A DNA stretch of 64,000 nucleotides from Octopus vulgaris (GCA_951406725.2 OX597827.1:39618001-39682000); one strand, 5' to 3'. Positions 10,885 through 24,461 are shown, counted from the first letter of the stretch. Numbers and translations: made by a program. Notes: generated by a model from the sequence alone, not told the origin.

Positions 10885-13800
10885 TATAACTAATATACTG
10901 TATGTCAGTCATTATTGAATATAAATCATTGTTATTGCATGCAATAATAATGATTTTTCCCATTAGTTCAAGTACACAAAATTAGAAGATGGGTTTAAGA
11001 TTACTGAATGATAATAACAATAATGATAATAATGGTTTCAAATTTTGTCAAAAGGCCAGCAACCTTAGGTAAAGGGGTGAGGTGGTTACAGTGACCCCAG
11101 CACTAAACTGGTGTCTTTCTATTGCATTTCTAAGTTATATATTTGTAACTAAAGAAAAAAAACAAAACAAATACTATAAAGACAAGCAAAAAATGATACT
11201 TCTCATCTATGAGAACATATTTGGCAAGACTCTGCTAAAGACTTAAAATATATTGGAGAAAGACATGAGATTGTGTGGCATTCATTCTTTTCTCAATGAA
11301 AACTAATGGTTTAAGCAAGAAGAAAACCACTTAAATAACAAAATAAATAATAAGGATTCCTAATATAGGCACAATGTCTCACTTTTGGCAGAAGGGGAGG
11401 CATAATCGATTACATCAAACCACCCAGTCTATACTTCACTGGTACTTATTTTAATGAATTCAGAAAGAAGAAAGGCAAAGTAGATACTGGTGGGATTTGA
11501 ACTCAGAAAGTAAAGAACTGTAACTAAACACTATAAGGCATTTGAAAGGAATATGCTGTTGCATGTACAGACATAAACACACATTATCAGGACTAAAGTT
11601 TGGATACAGTGGTGTGATGATGAGTTCAGAGAGGTTTGAATTCTCAACACTGTTGATTTAACAACAAACATCTTGCCAATCAGTGCTGTTTATAGCCAAG
11701 TGGATTGGGATATTTGAGGGTTAAGCACCTTCACTGTAGACTAAAGAAAACATTTATTATATGTATGTGTGTTGCCACAATAAAATGTACCTTGAACACA
11801 ATGTAAGGTGTTGAGAGAATTTTATAATCTTGTCAAAGACATAGCAACTTCACTGGTGCTGGTGCCATGATAAACTGCATTCAGTATGCCTTGTGGAGCA
11901 GTTTGTGAAGGGCATTCAACAGTGGAAATCAGGTTAAAATGAAATATATGAGATGTGATCCTCTGACCAATTCAAGAAAATACTAACTCTCAATAAGAAC
12001 TGACACAAACTGTGGCAACCTATCTGATCCATGCCAGCAAGGAACATGGGCATAAGACAATGATTTATATTCATAAATATATATATATAAAACAATGATA
12101 TGCAAATAAATAGAGAGAACTGTTTGTATGTATATGTTCATTCATTCAAAGTTGATGATTGTTACTTAGAGTTTTTCGTGTTTGCATTTGTTGAGGCAAT
12201 AAAATGCCTGAACAAATGCATCCCTAAGAAACTCAGAATAGCAACAGACTAAATCATCAGCCTTGAATGGATAAATAAAATCTACCACATTTGCCAAAAC
12301 AGGCTTTTCAAACACACACACACACACACGAGTGTGAGTGTGTATATGTGTGTAAGTAGACAAGATAGGTAGATAACACAAATAATTTGAAATAAAATAT
12401 ATTGCATATCTGATGGTACGTTTGGCTGAATATAGCTGTGGATGATGGATTCCCTCCATCTTACTAATACCCATACACAAACACATAAATGAAGAACAAG
12501 TATTCAGATTAAAAATAAGTACTAAAAGCACTGAGATTCATTAAGTATCTAAAAAGCTCTCTATATTCAGTTAATTAATAACAGGCTTTCTTCTATTGTT
12601 TTGAGAGTTAGCAACCATATACCAAATCGATTTTGGTCTTGAAGAATGAAATTCTTCCAAAAATAAGGTATTCAAATACAGGAAAAGTAAGCAAAGAAAA
12701 AAATGAAAAAGGTAAGAAGAAAAAGTAAAATGGGTACTAAATTTCTAAAGGAGGGAGTTTCTATATATATTCACTTACCTTGATCATTGTACTAGCTAAA
12801 TCCCTTCCAACAATTTCACTACATTTTTTTTTAAATGGGAACCACAAAATTTAGTGAATGAGTTTAAATATAGTCATTTTGTTACTTTATATAGCTGTAA
12901 AATCTTCCTCAGAAAAGTTTTGACTGTCTACATGTGTATACACATACATGGATATATATTTTAATGGGATCGTCAGAGGTAATGAAGGAGCTTCTAGAAA
13001 GTCACTTGATCTGCTCAATCTAGCAGCTAAATCTCCCAAAACAAACTCCCAACTGTTTGTAATATGAAACCCTATAAACCCTTTAAACCAGCAAAAAAAA
13101 CCAAAAAAACTTGTCTATAGTTACAGAACCTTCTCAGTTTAACAGCTAAATCTCTCCTTAAATAACTCTTTGTCATTTCCCAAATGATGAAAGACACAGC
13201 AATATCTGGTTTCTAAATGATCCAGTGACTGCATCCTTGACATAAGCCTGCTTAAACATATTAGCCTAAAGCTATTCAATACCAACACCAATAACCTCTC
13301 ACAGAATCCAGTAAGGGATTAGTTATGTAGTCACTTTTTGTGCTAAAAGTAACAGCCAAATATCTCTCAAATCCACCTTCCTGTCTCATACAAAAAAAAA
13401 GCACACTAAGAAAAATCTGGAACATCATAGGTCTGCTGGATCAGAGCTGACTTGAGGATCAACAACATTAACCACTGCTTCAAACTAAATCAACATACAA
13501 TTTTACTTTACAGTAGCAACAATTAGAACTTTGCTTGTCTGCTTTTGTTTTTTATATATTGTTTTATATCTATTTATCTAAGACATCATGAAAACATTAG
13601 CTTGCCTATTGCTGAAGTAGTTGTTTTCACAGATATGGCTGTCTTTTCCTACTGCTAAACACATATCTAGGGCAACCAGAATTAAGTGGAAATTAAACAG
13701 AAGAGGTGCATGTTACTATTGCAATGTTGTTGACCTCCAGATCTGTTCTGATTCCTGACTGCACAGACCTGTGACTCTAGGTATTCCAGTTGTAACAGTC

Positions 13801-14289
13801 CTGTATCTAGGATTACACCAATGTGTTGTTTCCTTTTTTTAAGATGGTTGGGTGTGATCTGAGAAAAATTTAAGTGCTATTTCTGGCTTGTTAAGCATCT
13901 GTATAGAAACCCCCTTAATGGTTTTAGAAATCTATGTTGATGTGCTAAAAGAAGAATGTGAATCAATATTTTTAAAAAGGATACATTGCCAGAGAGAAAA
14001 ATGAAGCCCTGTCTAAAAGGTTATATCATCAACCAATTCTTGTGAATAACCTTAGAATTATACATTTGTGTTTTGTTTAGAGGACCTAACACAATAGTCA
14101 CAATGGTCTGCACTTTCATATCACAGTCCTTGTATTGTGCTGCTATACTATAAAAACTAATGCAGGACATAAAATATAAAGGTGTATTGAAACAGTAAAC
14201 TTGTAAGGTTTCATTTCATTGATAAAAGTTTTAGTTCTGCTTTTTTTATTGGTTTGATGGAAGTGGTTTTGTCCATAACCTTTACAGAT

Positions 14290-14590
14290 CTCTGAAACCA
14301 ATGATTTAGACGTGGTCAATGTTTTTGAATAGTTACAAGCTGACAGCTTTAAGAAAAGCAATGGCAGGAAAGGAGTGCAAAGGTTGATGTTTTGGAGAAC
14401 AAAGAACAGAGTATAGTGGTTAGGGTAGAGTCTAGGGGTAGTAAACACAATATAGGTTTTAAATCGAGAGGTAAATGAATCAGTAGTGCACAAAATGAGC
14501 CAGATTTGAGGAGCAGGTATCACAGTAGTAGGGGTAGAAAAAGCGGAATGAGACAGTAGATATGTAAGCCAGAAGTTGGGGAGTGTTGGG
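14290..14590 (-). mobile_element. Fossil CR1/Zenon-like LINE ORF2 C-terminus
   Basis: Minus translation VSFRFFYPYYCDTCSSNLAHFV (cf. SLFYRYYxGxCSxELxxLVP), then frameshifted PRLYPNHYTLFF (cf. RTxHYxxSFFPR). Confidence 0.6.
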
Positions 14591-15260
14591 AGCTAAAACT
14601 CTTCTAACTATAAATCCTTAAATAGCTCCCTAACCCTTTCCCAAACGATGAATGAAGAAGAAATATCAATAACTTGCTTTTAAATGATTCACTGATAGCA
14701 TCCTTGTCCTGTACATATATCTGTACCATGGCTCCTAGTACCATGATAATGTAAGACCTTAAGACTATTTGGTTAAGCACTCCAGCAGTTTAACTCCACA
14801 ATTATTGAGTACCATATATGGATTTAAAGTCAACCTGCTTATAATATGTCAGGAGATACTTTATATCTCATGATTTACAGGCAAATTATATAGGATAGCT
14901 TCTTTCAATTTGTTAAGAGACTGTCTTGCTCCTGTAGTTCAGTTATAGAAATGAATTTGCTCAGTGGATAAGGCATTGGACTATCAGCTCATAGGTCAGC
15001 AGTTCAAATCCCCGGCTGGGGATTTGTCATGTTACTGAATTTTGATAATGTTAACAGCAGGTTTAAGCAGTGTTGATGGCAGTGGTGATGTTGTAAGTAG
15101 CAATATTATTTTATCAATCCCTGGAAAGTGGAAAAGTAAAGTAAATCCAGGCAGGATATCAATTTAGTCTGTAAAGAGTTTTAAATAAATACTGCCAAGT
15201 ATCTTATTCACTTCTCTATCCATTGGCTTAACATGACATTTCATTTAACATTGGCTGATA

Positions 15261-15641
15261 TCTCTCTCTATATAAACGGCAGTTTGTCTGTGCGTTTTAT
15301 GTGTGTCTGTTTGCTTGTACCCTCACCCTGACCACGGCTTTCAACCGATTCTGATGAAACTTGACACACACATAGCCCAATGTCATAATTCAAAACTAAC
15401 GCAGCGAAAATTTTGAAAAGTTCCCCCAGTTCTGAAAAAAATCGATAAATTCGACATGGGGTCGAGAATCAGAAACACAACCGCAAACTGTCTAGGGGAC
15501 GCAACTCCACCTTTTTTAACTAAAAAAAAAATTTACCATAATTTTTTTCCATTTTTTTGCTATTTTTTGGCTATAACTCTCTAAAAATGCTTTATAGTTA
15601 TTTCCCTTACAAACCTGAGCAACGCCGGGCGATACTGCTAG
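15261..15641 (+). mobile_element. Non-autonomous Helitron (381 bp)
   Basis: Starts A^TCTCTCTCTATATAAA; subterminal hairpin CCTGAGC-AAC-GCCGGG; ends CTAG^T (15638-15641); no TSD; many CpGs retained, suggesting it is young. Confidence 0.88.
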
Positions 15642-15859
15642 TGAGAGATAAAAGGCCTAACTTGAAACTAGCATGATTGAAATACAGAGTGGGAGTGAGG
15701 CAAGGGTTACTGAATACTGTAAAACATTTAAAAGTCCAATGTTTCTCCAATTTCTCCAATTCCACCATTCTATATGATAATGTTTCTAATATAAGAACAA
15801 GACCAGAAATTTGTGAGGAAGTCTTAACTGATTTCATCATTTCAAGACTTAAGCGATAC

Positions 15860-16556
15860 TTTATTTCAGTAATCCTTAGTGAGATTTGAACTCAGAACTT
15901 AAAGAGCTGAAAGAAATACCACAAGGCATTTTGATCAGTACTCCAAAGATTCTGCCAATCTATCACAACAACAACAATAATAATCCTTTCTACTACTGGC
16001 ACAAGGCCTGAAATTTTGGGGGTGGGGACAAGTCAATTACACTGACCCCAGTGCATAACTAGTACTGAATTTATCAACCCTAAAAGGATGAAAGCCAAAG
16101 TCGACCTCGGCAGAATATGAACTCAGAATGTGAAGACAGACGAAATATTGTTAAGCATTTTACCCGGCATGCTAACAATTCTGCCATCTTGCCGCCTTAT
16201 TAATAATAATAATAATGATAATAATCTTTTCTACTATAGGCACAATGCTAGAAATTTTTGGGGAGGGGACCAGTCGATTACATTGACCCCAGTGCATAAC
16301 TGGTATTTATTTCATCGACCCCCAACAGGATGAAAGGCAAAATTAACCTCTGCAGAATAATAATGGTTTCAAATTTTGGCACAAGGCCAGCAATTTTGGG
16401 GTATGGGATAAGTCATTTACATCAACTCCAGTGATCAACTGGTATATATTTTATCAACCCTGAAAGGATGAAAGGTAAAATTGACTCAAGTAAAATTTGA
16501 ACTTCAGAACATAAAGATGGACAAAATGCTGCTAAGCATTTTGCCAGCTTGCCACC

Positions 16557-16604
<48 letters not shown>

Positions 16605-16760
16605 GTAATAATTTCAAATTTAGGCACAAGGCCAGTAGTTTTGAATTATGGGGAAAATCAATACCATTGACCCCAGTATGTGACTGGTACTGTATTTTAC
16701 CAAACCTGGAGAGATAAAAAGCACAGGTGATTTAAATTCAGAATGTAAATTGGTAGAATA
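15860..16760 (-). mobile_element. Tandem array of SINE family A units separated by (TAA)n
   Basis: About 5 same-orientation units or partial units, most preceded on + by aataataat. Confidence 0.85.
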
Positions 16761-17384
16761 AATACCATAAAGCCTTTTCCAATGTTCTTGGTACAACACA
16801 AAACATTTATATAGAAGATGGTATGGTTGATTGAACTATAACAATATTACTAGCATTCCTTTCAGTTTCACTAGCTCCTTGATCAATAAAGGACTAAGTT
16901 GATCCAAATAGAATTTCACCTCAGAGCTAAGAGCATAAATCCCTTAAGTGCTCATCAGCATCATTTAATGTCCATTTTCTATTATGGCATGGGTTGGACA
17001 GCTCACCAAGAGCTGGCAAGGCCACGAGCAACATCAGGTTCTATAGCTTGTTTTGACTTGATTTCTACAGTTAGATGCCCTTCCTAATGCCAACCACCTT
17101 ACAGTGTACTGGGCTTTTTAAGTGGCACCAGTGCTTTGTATGTGGCACCTTCACTAGTGCTTTTTAAATTGAGGGGCCAAGGTGGGGGATCTTATGCTGA
17201 GTATAGGAATGCAGCATATAAGGATAAGTATAAATACATTAAAGAGAAAAGTAATACTAAGATCTGTAAATATTGTTAGGGCATTTTCACATTACTTTTG
17301 TTAATACTAAAAGTCTTAAATATACCTAACTTATTTTGATATAAGAAAGGAAAGTATAATAATAATAATAATGATGATGATGAT

Positions 17385-17995
17385 AATTCTTTCTGCTGGA
17401 AGCACAAGGCCTCAAATTGGGGGGAGGGGATTAAGTCGATTACAATGACCCCGTGTGTAACTGGTACTTCATTTATCGACTCCGAAAGGATGAAAGGCAA
17501 AGTCGACCTCAGCAGAATTTGAACTTAGACAAAGTGGCAGATGAAATACTGCTAAGCATTTCGTCTTATGTGCTAACGATTCGGCCAGATCACCACCTTA
17601 ATAATAATAATAATGGTTTCAAATTTTGGCTCCAAGCCAGCAATTTTAATGGGAGAGGGTTAGTCAATACCATCAATACCATCAGTACCAATACTTGACT
17701 GGTACTTTATTTTATCAATTCTGAAAGGGTGAAAAGCAAACTGACCTCAGCAGGTCTGAACTCAGAGTGTGAAATGCCAGGATAAATGTTGTAAAGCATT
17801 TTCTCTGATGCTCTAACGATTCTGCCGAATTACTATTCTTTATTATAACAACAACAACAATCCTTTCTATTATAAACACAAAGCCTGAAATTTGGTGGGG
17901 ACGGGGACTAGTTAATTACACCAACCCCAGTATTCAACTGGTACTTATTTCATCAATCCCGAAAGGATGAAAAGGAAAGTCCACATCAACAGAAT
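17385..17995 (-). mobile_element. Tandem array of SINE family A (3 units)
   Basis: Repeated gaaaggatgaaaggcaaagtcgacctc units separated by AAT/AAC tracts. Confidence 0.85.
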
Positions 17996-18157
17996 AATGT
18001 TGATGATGACGATGATGATTAATTACACAGGCACATTTTGTGGGGAATGGGTATAACTGGTTCAGTCAATTTCAGTCCCTCATAGAGGTTTATTCTATCA
18101 AAACCCTCCAATCCTTCCATTTTTCCCCTTGGAAGGATAAACGACATCATGACTAAC

Positions 18158-18190
18158 AACTGTATGAACGTAATAACAATAAGGGGATTC
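18158..18190 (-). CDS. Candidate 33-nt internal exon (phase 0: ESPYCYYVHTV)
   Basis: About 83-nt AG-free U-rich tract with TGCATG and TGC, then AATACAG|GAATCC...ACAGTT|GTTAGT; length is a multiple of 3; unique sequence. Donor is non-optimal. Confidence 0.4.
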
Positions 18191-18924
18191 CTGTATTTGC
18201 CCAAGGGCAACAAAAATAGAACAATGAAATACATTATTGGACAATAGACATGCATGAACACAAGATGTGATAAACCTTTCTCACTCCCATAGAAAAATGA
18301 TGATAATAAATAGGGAAATCCCTTGAATAGGGTTTAGAAAACAGTCCTAGAATTTCTATGTTTATCTTCCATGGAATATTCCAAATAGTAGAAGATAGAA
18401 TAAAAACGCTGAAAAATAGTCTCACTAAAAAATTTTCATATTATTGCGTAAAAGACTTCAGTTTTGCTCACTCACTCGTTCTCTCTCTCTCTCTCTCTCT
18501 GTGTTAACTAATGATGAAAGATCACACAAAATTATTAATAGGTATTTCCAACTTCGGCACAAAAAAAATCACAAATCTTTCAGAAAGGTGGTGGAGATGT
18601 GCTGTCTATTGAATAAAACATGTCTGTTTGACTGGTAGTTGTTTTAATGGACCCAGAAGGAGAAAAATAAAAAAAAAGGACAATGTTAGAATTTGAACTT
18701 GAAACATCTTGGGATGTAAAAAAAAGCATAACATACTGCTGAGACATCTAGTTCCCTACTATATTTTCAACTATAACACCAACAATAATAATTTGAAAGA
18801 TGGCTGAAAACTTGTGGATACCTAAGGTTACAGGTAGTAACCCACAACCCAAGCAAATCCTACCAGGAATAAGACCAAACCTGAGCCAAACCAAAAATAA
18901 TAATGTCTTAGTAATAATAATAAT

Positions 18925-19465
18925 TATTTCTAAAAAAGGCACAAGACCTCAGATTAGGGGACAGAGGGGTGATTAAATTGACTCCAGCACTTGACTGGTA
19001 TTTTATTTTACTAACCCTTGAAAGATGAAAAACAAAGTTGACCTCAGCAGGATTTGAACTCAGAATGTAAAGGCCCAGAACAAATAAAGGAAGATATTTG
19101 TATGGTATTCTAACCATTCTGCCAATCCACTGCTCTGCGGCTACCAATAATAATAATAATAATAATCATGGATTCTATTGTGAGCACAAAGCCTAAAATG
19201 TGGGGAGACAGTGAAGGTAAGTCACTTGATCCCATAATATGACTGGTATTCAATTTGGCCAGCCTCAGAAGGGATGAAAGTGGTTTCTAAAATTTGTAGG
19301 TATTGTAATTTGAATTAGACCAGCGAATAGCTGGTTCTTACATCATCGACATCTAACAGATGAAAGAGCCAAAATGACCTTAGTGTGATTTGAACTCGGA
19401 GCCCTGAAGCATGGAGCTAAACACGATAAAATATTGAGTACAATGCCCTATAGCTGTGAATTTTC

Positions 19466-19499
<34 letters not shown>

Positions 19500-19645
19500 T
19501 AATAATAATAATGGTTTCAAATTTTACCACAAGGGCAGCCATTTTAGGGGAGGGGATAAGTCAATCACATCGACCCCAGTGTTTCACTGGTACTTAATTT
19601 ATCTACCCCAAAAGGGTTAAAGGCAAAGTTGACTATGGCGGAATT
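18925..19645 (-). mobile_element. SINE family A copies with (TAA)n spacers
   Basis: Units at about 18925-19130, 19170-19450 (degenerate) and 19510-19645. Confidence 0.75.
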
Positions 19646-20236
19646 TTAATATATAATAATAATAATGATAAAGATGAGGATGATGGTGATAGTGATGAAG
19701 ATGACAATGATGGTAGTAATGATGATGATGAGGTTAGTGATGATGATGAAGATGATTATGATGTGTATTTTGGAATTTATGATAATGGCTTCTTGTACAA
19801 AGAATTCCTGAAACCTATGATTTGTAAAGGGAATATGTGAAACTAAGATGCTTATGCCTTTTTTTAAGAGCCCTAAAGAATTCAACTGAATGAGAAAGGG
19901 TCCAACAAGGAACCATTATTGATTGCAGATTTGATTCAATGAGAACCTAAACACACACACATACACGTGTCCCACTCTCTCACTCATTCTCTAGTTTTAT
20001 ATATATATATACACACAGATATATATATATATAATTTTCTTCATATATTCTTTTATTGGTTTCATCTGCTGGGCTATGGGCATACTAGGCCGTAACATAC
20101 GTATTTATAAATGAACACACACACACTCAGATACATTAGGATATATAAATATAAAGATTAGGTGAATAAAGAGTGAGAGATGAAAAGTTAAATGCAAGAA
20201 TATGGAAGCAAAAACAAAAACGGAAGGGAAACTTAC

Positions 20237-20314
20237 ATCACCAGCCAGTAGCCTCCATGGTGTCTGTCTTGAGACAGACTTCACATCTTCGTGGGTTATG
20301 AATACAATCCCCAT
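20237..20314 (-). CDS. Candidate first coding exon (MGIVFITHEDVKSVSRQTPWRLLAGD, phase 0) of a minus-strand gene or isoform
   Basis: ATG in ACAAATGG context, 26 codons, then a consensus GTAAGT donor (20236-20231), immediately downstream of a CpG-rich island. Product not recognised. Confidence 0.5.
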
Positions 20315-20369
20315 TTGTACAGTTGTGTCTTACTAGACACATACATTGACAGGCGACAAAATTAAAAAT

Positions 20370-21310
20370 TAATGATAACGACGAGGCCTCGACGACGGCC
20401 ACAACTAACAAACAGAGAAAAAAAATCACTTCGAATTACTTAATTCCATCCATATTTCAATAGAACATGGAATGATGATGACGCCGACGAATAAACTAGT
20501 TGAGAACAACTGACTAGATAGAACGATAGTTAGATCGATCGAGTACCACTATCGTTTAGCTGCGTGACGTATAAAGATATGTATAACTGTGTGTGTATGT
20601 GTGTGTTTCTCAGATGATAAGGTGCCTCAGAAACGTCAAGTAGAAGCAACTCTGAGACTTGTTAGCTACATACGTATGTGTGCGTGTGTTTGTACGATGT
20701 ATCATACAAACGCATTTCTCACGCACACAGCTAAATATAACATATACACACATATATATGTGTGTGTGTGTGTGTATATATATATATTCACATAGACAGA
20801 CAGCACCGTTTCATAAATGGTTAGAACTAGGTCAGAAAAGGAAGTGGCGGCAGCGGCAGCAGCAGCAACGGTGGGGAGGGAGAAGGGGAAGGGGTGGTGA
20901 CGGTGGTGCTAGGCAACTGGTAATGGTAACAGCAACAGCAGTGGAATAGCAGCAACAATGGCAGTGGTAGTAGTAGTAGCAGCAGCAAGTGTAAGAGATA
21001 GCTGTAGTAGTCGTAGTGGTGGTAGTTAGCAGAGGCGGCGTGCCTCAGCAAGAACTCTATATACACGAATAGCACTGGACTGCAACGTTGGGCAACGGAA
21101 AGTCATTGACTGAAGGGTGGGGATATGGGGTAGGGAGAAGGTAAGGGGCCCGGTCGGGAGAATACCAGGAGATGGAGCGAAGTGTGTGCGTGTATGCGGG
21201 GCTGGGTGGGGGGGGGGGGATTGAGTGGAAGACGGATAAGTGTAAGTTGTGGTGGTGGTCGTGGCAGGACTTTTTCGCGGGTGGGGTGGGGGAGCTGAAG
21301 GGGGGGGAAT
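20370..21310 (-). promoter_or_regulatory. CpG/GC-rich putative promoter and 5' UTR
   Basis: The only extended CpG-retaining non-TE stretch in the window. Inr-like TCAGTC on the minus strand near 21110, TATATAG near 21060, GGAAGT motif near 20840, G-tracts at 21198-21307. Confidence 0.55.
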
Positions 21311-21867
21311 TCTAATTCCCACACATACATACAAGCATACATACACACACACACACACACAAATATACACGACCTGATGTTTGTTCCCACACTGTTACAG
21401 ACAAAAAAAAAAAATAAACAAAAACAAAGAAATACATAAAAATTTCAATTCCCATAACCTCCACCATGGCCGCCACCACTGATACCAATACCAACACTAA
21501 AAATATATACCACCCGCCCACCCCTAGCAGCACCACCACCACAAGTACTACCACCGCCAACATCATTATCATAATAATAAAGTAATTTTTTCACTGCCAC
21601 TAATTACTCTCGCCTTCACCACTCCCGTTGGCATCACTATCATAATCACCATCATCATGTTCTCTATTTTTATATACGTAATTTTCCTCACCCATTCTTG
21701 AGCTCACTCACACACACACACACACACATCGCAATCATCAGTGGAAACAGTCTCAGAAAATTAAAGCACCAGGATTTACATATGGGAAGTGTAAGGGAAG
21801 TGATTTCATAATTTTACATTTCTAAAAGACATAAGATTAATGTATAAGTGGCACAAAATATACATAT

Positions 21868-21995
21868 ACCAACCACATGGTTCCGGGTTCAGTCCCACTG
21901 CGTGGCACCTAGGGCAAGTGTCTTCTACTATAGACTCGGGCCGACCAAAGCCTTGTGAGTGGATTTGGTAGACGGAAACTGAAAGAAGCCTGTCG

Positions 21996-22027
<32 letters not shown>

Positions 22028-22247
22028 TGTGTGTGTGTGTTTGTGTGTCTGTGTTTGTCCCCCTAGCATTGCTTGACAACCAATGCTGGTGTGTTTATGT
22101 CCCCATTACCTAGCGGTTCGGCAAAAGAGACCGATAGAATAAGTACTGGGCTTACAAAAGAATAAGTCCCGGGGTCGAGTTGCTCGATTAAAGGTAGTAC
22201 TCCAGCATGGCCACAGTCAAATGACTGAAACAAGTAAAAGAGTAAAA
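21868..22247 (+). mobile_element. SINE family B, well-preserved copy
   Basis: ccaaccacatggttccgggttcagtcccactgcgtggcacc...(TA)n(TG)n...gaaacaagtaaaagagtaaaa; CpGs intact. Confidence 0.9.
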
Positions 22248-22309
22248 GGGTATATGTATATACAAACATACACACTCACAGTCATGTATATATACCCTTT
22301 ATGTAAGTA

Positions 22310-22355
<46 letters not shown>

Positions 22356-22947
22356 GAAATTTTGCCACCTTTTACGAGGAAATAAGGATCTTTCTGGCAC
22401 TGCTGCCCCACTCCACCCCACCCAACCCTCACTTTCCTCTCTCCCCCCACCCTCCTCCAGTGAAAGGAAACTGGTGGGTTGATGTTAACTAAAATGTCAC
22501 TCAGGGTAATGGATCCAAACTAATGTGAAGTGTGGAAAGAAGGACGAGAGGAGAGGGGAGAGGAATAAAAACTATTACAGGTGTTTAAAACCTTCTGTTT
22601 ATGATTTGGAGTCCAAATTTATTTGGCTAGTCTTTCCTTTTCCTTCTTCTAGGTTGATGAATTAATAAAATCAAGCATGTACTGGAGATGATGTGACTGT
22701 TTCCATCTCAACCCCACAAAATTTCTGATCTTGAAAGAAGACAATTGTTAACCATGCCAAACAAAATGCTTTTCAGCATTTCTTCCGGGTTCTTTACCTT
22801 CAGAGTTCAGATGCCATTGAGGTCAACTTTGCTGTTTGTCCTTTCAGAATTGATAAAATAAATACTAGTTGAGCACAGGGCCTGACGTAATTGACTAATC
22901 CCCTTGCTCTAAAATTACTGGCCTTGTGCCACAAAATTATAAAGAAC

Positions 22948-22977
<30 letters not shown>

Positions 22978-22978
<1 letters not shown>

Positions 22979-23515
22979 GAGAGAGCAGTGATACTGGGGT
23001 AAAATATATGAAACTCAGTATATCCATCAAGACTACCCGTTTGATAAGGGGTCATCAGGCACAAGCATCACAACCATATGTGTGAGACATGGTGATTTCA
23101 TATCAATATAAGCAGCCCATGACCTTGCAGGTGGCACCCAGTTAGAATTTTTGTCAGGTGGAGTAGCCCATCCCACTCAACAGGTCCCTGAATAAGGGTT
23201 GTTTAAGGATGTTGAACAAAACACCCATGCTTCCAAAGGTGAATTATCAAAACCTCAAAGAATTCCTCTTAACACATTGCTATGATGCTCCCCCACTACT
23301 TCTGCTCATGATCAGAGATGCACATATCGTCACTCACTAAAGGACATGCTCAACTGGTTATGCTCAAACAACTGACAAACAAATTTGTGGTATTCTGCAG
23401 AATATTTGCTGTAGCCCATCTTTTATACCAAGACAAAACAATGTACATGATAACACTTCCAATCAGTCAAAACCAGAAGCCATGGGAGCCACTGCCTGGT
23501 ACTGCATCAGGGCAT
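22978..23515 (-). mobile_element. Unclassified ~556-bp (TAA)n-associated retroelement, near full length
   Basis: Colinear with 61209-61765; flanked by (TTA)n; small deletion near its 3' end. Confidence 0.8.
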
Positions 23516-23529
23516 TTATTATAATTTTA

Positions 23530-24120
23530 TAAAGGTGGTGAGCTGGCAGAAACAGTAGCACACCAGGCAAAATGGTAAGCAATATTTCATCCAACTTCAT
23601 GTTCTGAGTTCAAATGCAGCCAGAGTCAACCTTGCCTTTCATGTTTCCAGGGTCAATAGATTATGTATAAGTGAAACACTGGGGGGGGGGGGCGATGTAA
23701 TCAACTAATCCCCTCCCTCAAAATTTTAGGCCTTGTGCCTTTAGTAGAAATGATTATTATTATTGTTGTCGTTGTTATTATTAAAGCAGCAAGATGGCAG
23801 AAGTGTTAGTACGCTAGGCAAAATGCTTAGCTGCAGTTCGTGTCTGTCTTTACATTCTGAGTTCAAATTCCACTGAGGTCAACTTTGCTTTTATCCTTTC
23901 GGAGGTTGATAAAATAAGTACCAGTTGAATACTGAGGTTGATATAATTGACTTCTCCCCTCACCCAAAATTGCTGGCCTTGTGCCAAAATTTGAAACTCT
24001 TATTATTATTATTAAAAGTGGCAAGCTGGTAGAATCATTAGCACACCAGACAAAATGCTTTATGGCATTTCATCTGTCTTTACGTTCTGAGTTCAAATTC
24101 TGCTGAGGCCAACTTTGCTG
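23530..24120 (+). mobile_element. Tandem SINE family A array (3 units)
   Basis: aaggtggtgagctggcagaa heads following (TTA)n tails. Confidence 0.85.
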
Positions 24121-24461
24121 GTCATCCTCCTGGCTTGCCATTTGCCAGTCCTCACTCAAACTGTCCAACCCATGCCAGCATGGAAAGCAGATATTAAACG
24201 ATGATGATGATGATTTTCTTTCTCAATTGTAAAAACACACATTATGTTTTCTACACATTGTGTAGAAAACACACACAATGTGTTTTCTAATGTCTCACCA
24301 CATTGTGTTTTCAAATGTCCAAGGTCAACTTTGTATTTCACCACTTGGGTGTGTCAATAAACAGGTACTGATTAAGTACTGAGGCCTATTTAGTTGACTG
24401 TGTTCCCTGCCACCTTTTTTTTATAAATTTGTGACATTATCACAATTGTAGTGTCTTGGCT

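Noticed and set aside
12779-12894. Minus-strand exon ending AG|GTAAGT
   Set aside because: Perfect donor but a weak acceptor and an early stop in phase 0; at most non-coding.
15351-15360. CTGATGAAAC hammerhead-like words inside the Helitron
   Set aside because: The boxes overlap with no stem II; it is ordinary internal Helitron sequence.
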